Shown: positions 28,168 through 37,300 of the stretch, piece after piece
How the letters are laid out: every line of letters begins with the position of its first letter
How positions within the stretch are numbered: position 1 is the stretch's first letter
Assembly: GCA_023129115.1 (NCBI GenBank)
Contig: JAGMCR010000013.1
Span: 26,726 to 90,725 of the forward strand
Direction of reading: 5' to 3'
Length of the DNA: 64,000 bases
Source: Candidatus Iainarchaeum sp.
Lineage (GTDB): Archaea; B1Sed10-29; WALL01
The notes under the pieces: generated by a model
What the model saw: only the letters and a program-made list of their open reading frames with translations
What the model was told of the DNA's origin: nothing
Database searches by the model: none
Translations under genes and position numbers: made by a program

Positions 28168-29094
28168 ATGAAGGCGAAGAGCAGCAGGCACAGGGTTGAG
28201 GAAGGCATTCGCGGCTCCCCCAAGAACCGGACTGAGCAGGTCGTCCATTTCCTGGAGCCAGGCAAGGACCTCCACATCAAGGACATAACCCAAGAGGCCT
28301 ACAAATATTTCGACATTGACCGCAAGCAGGTCCTGTCCACACTCATGCAGGGGGCAAAGGGGCCCGGCGCTTTTTTCGAGAGGATTAAGCCCGCCCATTA
28401 CCGCCTGACGCCCCTGGGCAAAGAGCTCCAGAAGCTGGTCGAGCTGCCGCCCATGCGCGAGCTCCCGCCCGAGCCAGAGCCCGAGCCGCCGAAGAGCATT
28501 GAGGAAGCGCTGGAAGAGGAGTACTTCAGCATCACGGGCAAGAACCGCTCCAGCAAGCGCGTGCAGGATTCGGCAAAGCGCTTCAGGAACCTTTTTTTGA
28601 CGGGCGTGTGGGCAACCGCGGAAAGCGAGGCGCCCAAGGGCTCGACCAGCGGCGTGGTGCGCAGGAAGAGGAGGCGCATCCTGTCCTGGATTAGCACCCA
28701 CAAGCGGAACGCTTCGGAGCTCGCGAGGCTTGTGCAGGGCGAGCGCGAGTTTATGTACCCCGAGCTCATGAAGGACGCCAAGCCACACCCCGAGCTCGCG
28801 GAAAAAATGACTGTGCCAGTGAAAAAGCAGGCTGTCGAGCGCTGGGACTTGGGTGCGAAGTACGACGACGCCATTTTCGCGGTGTGCAGGGAAAGGGAGT
28901 GCACGCCCCAGTTCCAGGACCCGCGCTTCACGGCGAGCGACACCAGCCGCCACCTATTGCTGGCCATGCTGGTGAGGGACGCCCGGGAAGAGGTCGAGTC
29001 ATGGGAAAACCCACCCAAGGCCTACGAAAAGGACAAGCTCGGCTATCTGAGGAAAATTGTCGAGAACTGGGTCAAAAACAAGCACAAGGGTTGA
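28168..29094 (+). CDS. Orphan modular protein 2 (N-terminal wHTH-like domain)
   Basis: FFERIKPAHYRLTPLG wing motif, similar to LFERPDYVYFLTPRG in 31194. Confidence 0.75.
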   Translation: MKAKSSRHRVEEGIRGSPKNRTEQVVHFLEPGKDLHIKDITQEAYKYFDIDRKQVLSTLMQGAKGPGAFFERIKPAHYRLTPLGKELQKLVELPPMRELPPEPEPEPPKSIEEALEEEYFSITGKNRSSKRVQDSAKRFRNLFLTGVWATAESEAPKGSTSGVVRRKRRRILSWISTHKRNASELARLVQGEREFMYPELMKDAKPHPELAEKMTVPVKKQAVERWDLGAKYDDAIFAVCRERECTPQFQDPRFTASDTSRHLLLAMLVRDAREEVESWENPPKAYEKDKLGYLRKIVENWVKNKHKG

Positions 29095-29097
29095 TTC

Positions 29098-29160
29098 TGT
29101 CTAGACGTTTAGATTAAAACCCTACTATTTTATAAACTGTCTAGACATTTAAATTAATTA
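29098..29160 (+). promoter_or_regulatory. Promoter with a TATA box flanked by two TGTCTAGAC[AG] palindromes
   Basis: TGTCTAGACG at 29098, TTTATAAA, then TGTCTAGACA at 29138. Confidence 0.75.
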
Positions 29161-31128
29161 ATGGAGAAGCGCGGCAGGAAGAAGGGCTACAGGTACACGA
29201 AGTACGACCCCAAGCGCTATTACTCTCCTGGCGACGCCCGCATCGAGGTTTGGAAGCGCATCGAGAAAAAGGAGTTTGAGAAGGGCTTCTTCTCGTACAA
29301 GGAGAACCGTGTGCTCGCCATCCAGATGCTCGTCGCGAAGCTCGTGCGGGACAAGGGCCTCCAGGTAAGCGAAATCACGAGGGACCACTTCAGGGAACAC
29401 GGCATGGACTGCCTGATTACTTATTTCAAGTCCAAGGAAAAGGCGCTCCGCGCCGCGGGGTTTTCCGACGAGTTAATCACGACCAAGCCGGCGGAGCACG
29501 ACGTCAGGGACATTCGGAGGGCCGTCCGGCTCATCAAGGGCGTGAAGGCCTCGGAAGACATTGACGACACCTTGGACGGGCTGCACCGCAAAGTCTTCGG
29601 CAATGTGCCCAAAAAGATTGGCTACCGCTATCTCCTGAAACTCGCGGAGGAGCACACCGGAATTAAATACCGCACGCTTTACCAGCTCTTCAACCCGAAT
29701 TACGCGCGCTTCAAGAAGTACAGCCCCCGGCTCCGGGAGGAAATCCACGCCATCCGCGAGCAGTGGGGCCTCGAGGGAGAGACGGAGCCGGGCGAAGTGA
29801 AGCGCCCGGTGCACGTCCCGGGAGAAAGCCCGTTCAAGATGAGGGGCCTGACCGCCGAGGAAAAAACGCTCCTGCAGGACATACGCACGGGCTTCAGGAA
29901 CTGGGACTTGACCTTCCTCTCGAGGAAGAAAAAGATTCCTGGCAATGTATGGACTGTCCTGATACTCCCCGAGGTCAGGAAGCTTTCGAAAGAGCTGCTC
30001 AAGAAAAGCCCTGAGCACGAGCCCAGGCTGCTGAGGATGCTCCGCAGGATGTACAAGCGCTCAAGCCACCGCACGCGGGGCGACAAGCTCCTCGAGAGAG
30101 TCAAGGAGTCCCTCGAGAGGGAAATGCTCCTCGGCGGGCCAGAGACAGGAAAAACGCGGGAGCTCCGGCTGCCGGCAGGCGTGCTGGACAAGCTGCTCCC
30201 GTTCATGACACCGAACCGCCGCCTCCAGGAAGTGCTCGAGGAGGCACAGCAGTACTTTCCCGAGTTGAGTTTCCCCCAGGCCGAGGCCGCGGTCTATCTC
30301 GACAGGAGCAGTATTGACCCCCACATCAACCTGTCTTTCTTTGGCGGCGATTACGTGCGGACCAAGAAGGGCGAGGAGGCAGCGGCGTCCATTCTCCTGC
30401 CGCCGAAGCTTGGGACCCCGGCGAGGGAAGGGCTCGACCAAAAGCGCCTGCAGGAAGAGTCGGCCCGCGAGGAAGTGGAGCGGCTGAAGCGCGTGGCCGA
30501 AGAGGAATTGACCCCGGAGGAGAAAGAAGAACTGTTTGCCGACAAGGCACTGGAGGACTTCACCAGCGCCACCGGCGTCAAGGGCATGGTCGCCCAGCGG
30601 TTCAGGAACTATGTCAGGGCAGGCCCAGAGCATGATGTCAAGACACCGTCGGAGCACGCCACGAAGGAAGAGTTCAGGCTGCTGGGGCAGGAGATCCCCA
30701 AAGCCGGAATCGGCTTCAAGCAATGGCAAATCAAGCAGTGGCTCTCGAGGTACCTTGCGCACCCCGAGCTCAAGAAGTACCGGCGGGAGGACGAGCCGCT
30801 CCATGAAGTCGAGGAAGAGCCGCCCGAGATTCCGGTCCCAAAGACCAAAAAAAGGAAGAAAATCGGGCCGCCAGAGCCAAAGAAAGAAGAAGAGCCCCCG
30901 AAGCCCGCCGGCCGGCCCAGGGAGGTAAAGTCCCTGCTCGAGGGCCTCTCGGCGGCGGACCGGAAGAACTTTGACAGCCAGGCCCGCGGCCTCCTCAGGC
31001 AATGCGGTGGAGACGCCAGAAAGGCGACGGACCTGCTGGCCCAGAGCGTTTCGCGCCTGGGCTACGGCCCCCGCGAGGCCAGCAGGATAGCAGCCAAAAT
31101 AGTCGAAATAGAGAAAAAACTCTACTAA
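29161..31128 (+). CDS. Orphan modular protein 3
   Basis: N-terminal ~200 aa paralogous to 31194 (KLVRD.GLQVSE.T.DHF, YRTLYQLFNP.Y). Confidence 0.8.
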   Translation: MEKRGRKKGYRYTKYDPKRYYSPGDARIEVWKRIEKKEFEKGFFSYKENRVLAIQMLVAKLVRDKGLQVSEITRDHFREHGMDCLITYFKSKEKALRAAGFSDELITTKPAEHDVRDIRRAVRLIKGVKASEDIDDTLDGLHRKVFGNVPKKIGYRYLLKLAEEHTGIKYRTLYQLFNPNYARFKKYSPRLREEIHAIREQWGLEGETEPGEVKRPVHVPGESPFKMRGLTAEEKTLLQDIRTGFRNWDLTFLSRKKKIPGNVWTVLILPEVRKLSKELLKKSPEHEPRLLRMLRRMYKRSSHRTRGDKLLERVKESLEREMLLGGPETGKTRELRLPAGVLDKLLPFMTPNRRLQEVLEEAQQYFPELSFPQAEAAVYLDRSSIDPHINLSFFGGDYVRTKKGEEAAASILLPPKLGTPAREGLDQKRLQEESAREEVERLKRVAEEELTPEEKEELFADKALEDFTSATGVKGMVAQRFRNYVRAGPEHDVKTPSEHATKEEFRLLGQEIPKAGIGFKQWQIKQWLSRYLAHPELKKYRREDEPLHEVEEEPPEIPVPKTKKRKKIGPPEPKKEEEPPKPAGRPREVKSLLEGLSAADRKNFDSQARGLLRQCGGDARKATDLLAQSVSRLGYGPREASRIAAKIVEIEKKLY

Positions 31129-31131
31129 TTC

Positions 31132-31193
31132 TGTCTAGACGTTACGATTAATACCACTAGCTTTATATAATGTCTAGACGTTACGATTAATCA
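31132..31193 (+). promoter_or_regulatory. Promoter with a TATA box flanked by two identical 21-nt operator-like repeats
   Basis: TGTCTAGACGTTACGATTAAT at 31132-31152 and 31171-31191 around TTTATATAA. Confidence 0.8.
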
Positions 31194-34100
31194 ATGCCCA
31201 AGGGTTTGGAGGAAAGGAAGCTCGGCCGCAAGCCCGGCTTTAAGTTCCCGAAGGTCGAGCCGGACAAGCTGCGGCCAATAATCAAGGATTATCTTGAGAA
31301 GAAAAGGGATTCGCTCGCGGACGGCTTCTGGACGCACGAGGACCAGGCGGCGACTGCGGTGCGCATGATGGTCGGGAAGCTCGTGCGGGACCGCGGCCTG
31401 CAGGTGAGCGAAGTCACTCAAGACCATTTCCCTGAGTTTGGCATGGGGAGCGCGCTTAGGGTTTTCGGCTCGAAGGAAAACGCGCTCAAGGCCGCGGGGT
31501 TTTCTGACGAGCTAATCAATACAAAGCCGGCGGAGCACGATGTCGCGAGCATTCGAAACGCGGTCCGCTTGATTGAGGGCGTCAAGGGCCCGGGGGACAT
31601 TGACGAGGCTTTGCACAACTTGCACCGCAGGGTGTTCGGTGATTCTCCCAAGCGGGTCAGCTATCGTTATTTGCTGAAGCTCGCGGAAGAATACACGGAC
31701 ATCAATTATCGCACGCTTTACCAGCTCTTCAACCCGAAGTATTCCCGGTTCAAGGATTTCGACAAGGGCCTCAAGGACGGCATAAAAGCAATCCGCAGGC
31801 ACTGGCGCATCGGGGAAAAAGTGGCGGTGAAGCGTGAAGTGTACTCGCCGCTTGACCGCGGTTTGCTGGAGAAGCGAAAGCGGGCGAGTGCCGACGAGCG
31901 AAAGGCGGCTCACTGGTTTAACGTTAATCTCAAGGATGCTAGTACTGCTTCCGTCGGGGGGCTGAGGCGCGGCCTCACGGTATTGCCGCTGCTTTCGCAC
32001 GAGGTGCGTGTGGCAATCCTCGCGCGCCTTAAGCCTGAGAACTATGACTATCGCGTGTCTTTCAGGAAAGGCGTCGTGGGGTTGACTACGAAGGAGCGGG
32101 AGGCGATAAGGCCGCACGTGCCCCCCGGGCTCAAGGAGCTTTTTGACGAAATCCCGCTTGGCGGAGTGGACCTGGAGCTGCCTTCGGCAAAGGCGGCTGA
32201 GGAAGACTTGTGGGAGAAGCAGAGGGAGCTCCAGAGGCTGGAGACCCAGAAACTGATTGAGGAGTGGAAGGAAGAGCTGCTGGAAGAGGGGGAGAGGCAA
32301 TTGCGGGAGAAGGCGAGGGACGAGCAGGACTACCAGAAAATGCGTAGGGCAGAGGAAGAAAAGCTGGAGAGGCAGCGCAAGGCGGAGACGTGGAGGCGCT
32401 TGCTGAAGGAGAAGAGGGCGGAGCAGGAAAGGGAGGGGAGGGAGAAGGCGCTTGAGGAAAAGAAGAGGCAGCGCCAGGAAATGAAGCAGAAGCTGTTCGA
32501 GGAAAAAGAGGAAAAGAAGCGCTTGGGGATGGAGGCGAAGCGGCTCAAGAAGCAAAAGGAAGAGCAGGAGCGCGAGGCGCAGAAGGAATGGGAAAAGCAG
32601 CAAAAAGAATTGCAGAAACAGAAAGAAGCCGCGGAAGTTGTCGAGAAAGGCGTTGCCTTCTTGGAGGAGTCGGCTGAGGGAGAGGGTTGGTTCGTTAGTT
32701 CTAAGGAGCGTGTGGACCGGGTCCCGCTTTCGTTCTTGTCGGGGGAGCTAGACAAGCCTGGCCCGAGACTAGGGAAGTATTTTGATGGCATGTCCTCCGA
32801 GCAGCTGGAGCGCGTGAAGGCGGCTGCAGACAAAAACGCGGCAAAGCAGGCGGCGAAGAAGGCGGTGAAGCAAAGGGCGGTGGAAGAGCAGGAGCTGGCG
32901 AGGCGGGAGGCCTGGGCGAAGAGACAGGCGGAAATGGAGAAGGCTCGGGCGAAGAGAAAAGAGGAAGTGGAGAAGGCTCTGGAAGCGAAAGCCGGGGAGG
33001 AAGCGAGGCTAATCAAGGAGCTCACCGAAGCCAGCGCCCCAGACCTCCCTGCCATGACACATACCCAGAAGATTTACGAGTTCGGCCGCACGCACAAGGG
33101 CTTCAGGACAAACGAATTGATGGCGTGGCTGGAGGCACGCGATCCAACCATCTCGCGCAATCGCCATGGCGTGTACTATGCTATTGGGCGAATGTACAGG
33201 AACAAAAAAGAGCTGTCCAAGACGGACAGCGTCTACACTTTTACTCCGGAGGGGGAGCGCAGCATCAAGCTCCACGAGGGCCTCAAGGGGAAGAGAACCC
33301 CAGAGACCATGGCCGAAAGAATCTTCTCTTTGGTAGAGCCGGGAGTGGGGTATTCAAGCCACTGGCTTATCGAGAACCTGTCCAAGCATTACAAGGAAGA
33401 CAAGGACCTGGACTCCAAGACGTTCAGCACCAAGATTCACGCCAGCCTGCACACCGGCCTTCTCTTCGAAAGGCCGGACTATGTTTATTTCCTGACGCCC
33501 AGGGGGGTCGAGAACAGGAAGCCGATTGCGTCCGTCCATGACCTCAAGGAAGCGCTGGGCGAGCCCCCCGCAGAAATTGCCGGCGAGGCCGTTGAGCTGG
33601 AGATTGGCGGCAAGCCCAGAAGGGTCGTGCTCACCCCCAAAGAAAAGGAGATCCTGGGCAAGCTCCGTGGCGGCTTCGAGAAAAAGACTTTGCGCTTTGT
33701 CGCCACCGAAAGGTTCCTCCAGGCTTACGGCAATTTGATAGTGCCGGAGGTGGAAAAGCTGGCACTGAAGTTCCTCAGGGACAACCCGACTGCCGGGGCA
33801 CTTGAGACCCTGCGCGTTATAGTGGGCACCATGTACGCGGACCCCAAGACGGCGAGTGCCGGCAGGATTATCAGCAACGTAAGGGCAGAGCTCGCCAAGG
33901 AAGGCATTGAAGTAAAAGAGCCAGCCCCGCAGAAGGCGGTTGCGCCCGAGGGGCCCAGCGCCACGGAGGAAGAGCTCTGGGCGGAAATAATTGCGCGGCA
34001 GAAAGAAGAGGAGAAACAAAAGAAGAAAGAAGAGCCAAAAAAGCCTTCAGGCGCGGGGAAGCCGGGCAGGGCAAAATTCGGGGAAGAGCGCCCGCCCGTG

Positions 34101-34283
34101 TCGCTGAAGGACTTGCCGGCCACAGAACAGTACAACCTCGCTGTCCAGGCCCGCAACCTGCGCAAGAAGTTCAGCCCCAGCCAAGCCGTGCGATTCCTGG
34201 CCGAGCAGATAGAGGCCAAGGGCTACGGCAAGGCCGACGCAGTAAGAATAGCAAAGGAAATCCTGGAGAAAGAAAAGCAATAG
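31194..34283 (+). CDS. Orphan modular protein 4 (coiled coil, one GEGW-HTH repeat, two wHTH-like domains)
   Basis: E/K/R-rich coil; AFLEESAEGEGW unit; YTFTPEG and YFLTPRG wing motifs. Confidence 0.8.
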   Translation: MPKGLEERKLGRKPGFKFPKVEPDKLRPIIKDYLEKKRDSLADGFWTHEDQAATAVRMMVGKLVRDRGLQVSEVTQDHFPEFGMGSALRVFGSKENALKAAGFSDELINTKPAEHDVASIRNAVRLIEGVKGPGDIDEALHNLHRRVFGDSPKRVSYRYLLKLAEEYTDINYRTLYQLFNPKYSRFKDFDKGLKDGIKAIRRHWRIGEKVAVKREVYSPLDRGLLEKRKRASADERKAAHWFNVNLKDASTASVGGLRRGLTVLPLLSHEVRVAILARLKPENYDYRVSFRKGVVGLTTKEREAIRPHVPPGLKELFDEIPLGGVDLELPSAKAAEEDLWEKQRELQRLETQKLIEEWKEELLEEGERQLREKARDEQDYQKMRRAEEEKLERQRKAETWRRLLKEKRAEQEREGREKALEEKKRQRQEMKQKLFEEKEEKKRLGMEAKRLKKQKEEQEREAQKEWEKQQKELQKQKEAAEVVEKGVAFLEESAEGEGWFVSSKERVDRVPLSFLSGELDKPGPRLGKYFDGMSSEQLERVKAAADKNAAKQAAKKAVKQRAVEEQELARREAWAKRQAEMEKARAKRKEEVEKALEAKAGEEARLIKELTEASAPDLPAMTHTQKIYEFGRTHKGFRTNELMAWLEARDPTISRNRHGVYYAIGRMYRNKKELSKTDSVYTFTPEGERSIKLHEGLKGKRTPETMAERIFSLVEPGVGYSSHWLIENLSKHYKEDKDLDSKTFSTKIHASLHTGLLFERPDYVYFLTPRGVENRKPIASVHDLKEALGEPPAEIAGEAVELEIGGKPRRVVLTPKEKEILGKLRGGFEKKTLRFVATERFLQAYGNLIVPEVEKLALKFLRDNPTAGALETLRVIVGTMYADPKTASAGRIISNVRAELAKEGIEVKEPAPQKAVAPEGPSATEEELWAEIIARQKEEEKQKKKEEPKKPSGAGKPGRAKFGEERPPVSLKDLPATEQYNLAVQARNLRKKFSPSQAVRFLAEQIEAKGYGKADAVRIAKEILEKEKQ

Positions 34284-34352
34284 TAGTTTCATCCGTATTC
34301 AATATCTCCCGCAAACAAAGGTCTTTATAAACTACTCCTGCGTTTATTGCGT

Positions 34353-37300
34353 ATGCCCAAGCGCGGAAAGAAAAAGCGTGGCTCCAGGTTCAGCGTCGAC
34401 AAGGCGGTTGTCCATCTCGAGAGCCGCATCGATTCCGGCGAGGGCTGGCCGCTCACACAAGGGAGGAGGCGGCCTGATGGCTTGCCGGCCTCTTTTTTGG
34501 GCAAGAAGTTTGGCGTTAGCACGGCCACGGTTTTACGCCACTTCGAAGGCATCAGCGCCGGGCACAAGAAGCGCCTTGCAACAACAGTCAAGAAAAACGC
34601 AGCAATCCAGGCAGCGAAGCGCGAGAGCGGCGAAGTAGGCAAGCTCTTCAAGAGGAGGGGGGACGCAATCCTCCACATAGAGCAGCTCGTCCAGTCCGGC
34701 GAGGGCTGGCCGATTACCGATGGCGTACCAAGTAAGTATGGCATACCAATCCACGGGCTGGCGAGGCGCTTTGGAGTCGCCCCCGAGACTGTGAGGGCGT
34801 GGTTCGATACAATGTCTGCCACGCACACAAAACAAATCAAGGCAGCAGTGAAGAAAAACGAAAGAATCCAAAAAAAGAAGCGCGAGACCGAAGGCCAGGC
34901 GACGGCGTGGACAAAGAAAAATCTTGACGCCGCCCTTAATCACTTGGACGGGCTCGTCCAGTCCGGCGAGGGCTGGCCGTTGGGCAAGGGCAGGAGGCGC
35001 GCCGATGGGGCGCCGCTCACTCTCCTGGCAGCGCAGCTTGGCTATTCCCACAAGGGGGTGACTCACTGGTTTGACAACATCACTCCCAGGCACGCGGCTC
35101 GCTTGGCAAAGATTGTCGCGAAAAACAATGCCGTCCAAGAAAAAAAGAAGGCGGCCGGCGAGCCCAGGCTGTCGGCAGCGGGGATAAACTGCGAGGCTGC
35201 CCTGTCCCATTTGGAGTCGCTTGTTAAGTCTGGTGCCGGGTGGAGCCTGCACTACGTAAGGCGCTCCGACAGCGTGCCGACCAGTATTGTGGCCAATCAC
35301 TTGGGGGTTTCTTATTCGACGGCCATGCGCTTGTTTGAGAAGCTTCACCCCAGCCACGAGAAGCGCGTGAAGAAAGTCGTGAATGCAAACAAGCGGCTGC
35401 AGAAGAAGCTGGAAAAGCTCTATGGGCCGCTTAATCCCAAAACTCGGGCGCAGCTCGAAAAGGCCCTCGGCCACTTGGACTCGCTTGTGAAGTCGGGCGA
35501 GGGGTGGGAGCTGGCCGGCGGCAGGCCGCCGAAGCATGGTGTCCCCTACGGCGTTTTGGCCGATAAGTTCAACATGACGAACGCAGGCGTGCGCGTGTGG
35601 TTCACCAATATGGGGAGCGTCCACGCGAAGCGGCTGAAAAAGATTGTTGCGGCGAATGACCGGATTCGGAAGAAAAAACTGGGGACCGAGGGGGTCTCGC
35701 GGGCGGAGGCGGTAATGCGGCGGGAGGCCGCCATCGAGCACCTTGAAGAGCGCGTCAATTCCGGGGAGGGCTGGTCTATTAAGGGGCGGAGGACGGCTGA
35801 CGCGATTCCTTTCACGCTTTTGGGCAAGAAGTTCAACAGGCGCGCCAATATTGTTGCGGCATGGTTCAAGAACATGCCTGCAGGCCACAAGAAGCGCGTG
35901 GAAAGGGTGCTCAGGAAGAACGCTAAGCTGTGGGAGAGGACGGGAGAATCCACGTTGCACAAGAACCGCGGGCAAGCAATTTCTTATCTCGAGTCCCGCG
36001 TGGAGTCGGGCGAGGGCTGGGACACTGCCTATGTCAAGCATGCGCTGGGCGTTCCCCTCCAGCTTTTGGTCGAGCACTTTAAGACAAGCGTGACCACGCC
36101 GGGGAAGTGGTTCGCGGACGTGCCGGCTGCCCACAAGAAGCGCATCAAGAAGGTCGTGAAAGAGAATGATGCGCTTCAGTACGAAAACGTGGATACTGTC
36201 GGCCGCTGGGCACAGGACAGGCACGAGGCGTTGTCCCACTTGGAGAATCGTGTGAAGTCCGGCGAGGGCTGGCCGTTGCGCGGCAGGAAGTGGGGCAAGC
36301 CCCCGTATACTCTATTGGCGGAGCATTTCAATGTCGCCTCGCCCACTGTAAAGCGTTGGTTCGAAAAAATTGGTGAATCGCACCACGCGCGCCTCAACAA
36401 AGTGTTGACGGAGAACACAGTTCTCCAAAAGAAAAAGGGGGAGGGTGTGCTCTCCCCACAAGAATTGAGGAAGCTTGAGAAATCACTCGCCTTCCTCGAG
36501 GGCCGTGTTGGGTCGGGCGAGGGCTGGTCCAGGCGCTACGGCCGCAGGCACCCCGACCGCTTGCCGGTCATGCTTCTGGCCGACGGGCTTAATGCAAGCA
36601 AGGAGAAGGTCAAGCAGTGGTTCTCGAAGGCCACTCCAGGCCATGTAGAGCGCTTGGCGAAAGTCGTTGAGGCGAACGACGAGCTCCAGGACGCGAAGCC
36701 CCCACAGAAGTCCAGCACGTCCAGTGTCGTGGTACTCAAGAAAATCAACGCGGCCATGGGCCGCCTAGACGAATTGCTGGAGGAGGGCGGGTGGCGCCCC
36801 TCTTGGCGCGCGGACGGTGTGCCTGTTTCCGTCATCGCGAAGGAGATGAAGAAGAGTGGCCCAACAGTGAGGTACTGGCTGGAGAGGATGACCGAGGAAC
36901 AAAAGGCGCGGTTGACCGCACAAGTGAAAAAGAATGCTGGGATTCAGGCCGCGAGAGCTGAAGAATCGAAGAGGCAGGCAGAAGAAATCAAAAAGGCGAA
37001 GGCGGCCGAGCGCGGGAGGCAGAAGCAAGCCGAGCGGCTTGCGGAGAGGGAGAAAAAGATTGATGATTCACTTGACCACTTGAAAACATTGCTTGGGGGG
37101 GATGGCTGGTCGCTGAAGCACGGAAGAAACCGGGTGGACCGGGCGCCGGTTCGCATTATGGGCAAGCTTCACGGCGTCAGCCGGCTGACCGCCGCCTCGT
37201 GGATGAACAACGCGACCGAAGAGCAGAAGCAGCGGCTCGCGGTTCTCGTGGGGGAGAATGACGCAATCCAGGCGGCGAAGCAGCCGCCGAGACAGCCCCG

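Noticed and set aside
29098-31191. CRISPR mini-array from repeats spaced 39-40 nt apart
   Set aside because: Only two units per site, the spacer is a TATA box, and there are no cas genes; an operator fits better.
31512-36239. Long antisense ORFs (31512-32603, 34533-36239 and similar ones elsewhere, e.g. 13885-15204, 24996-26219)
   Set aside because: Shadow frames of GC-rich or low-complexity genes, with no motifs of their own.
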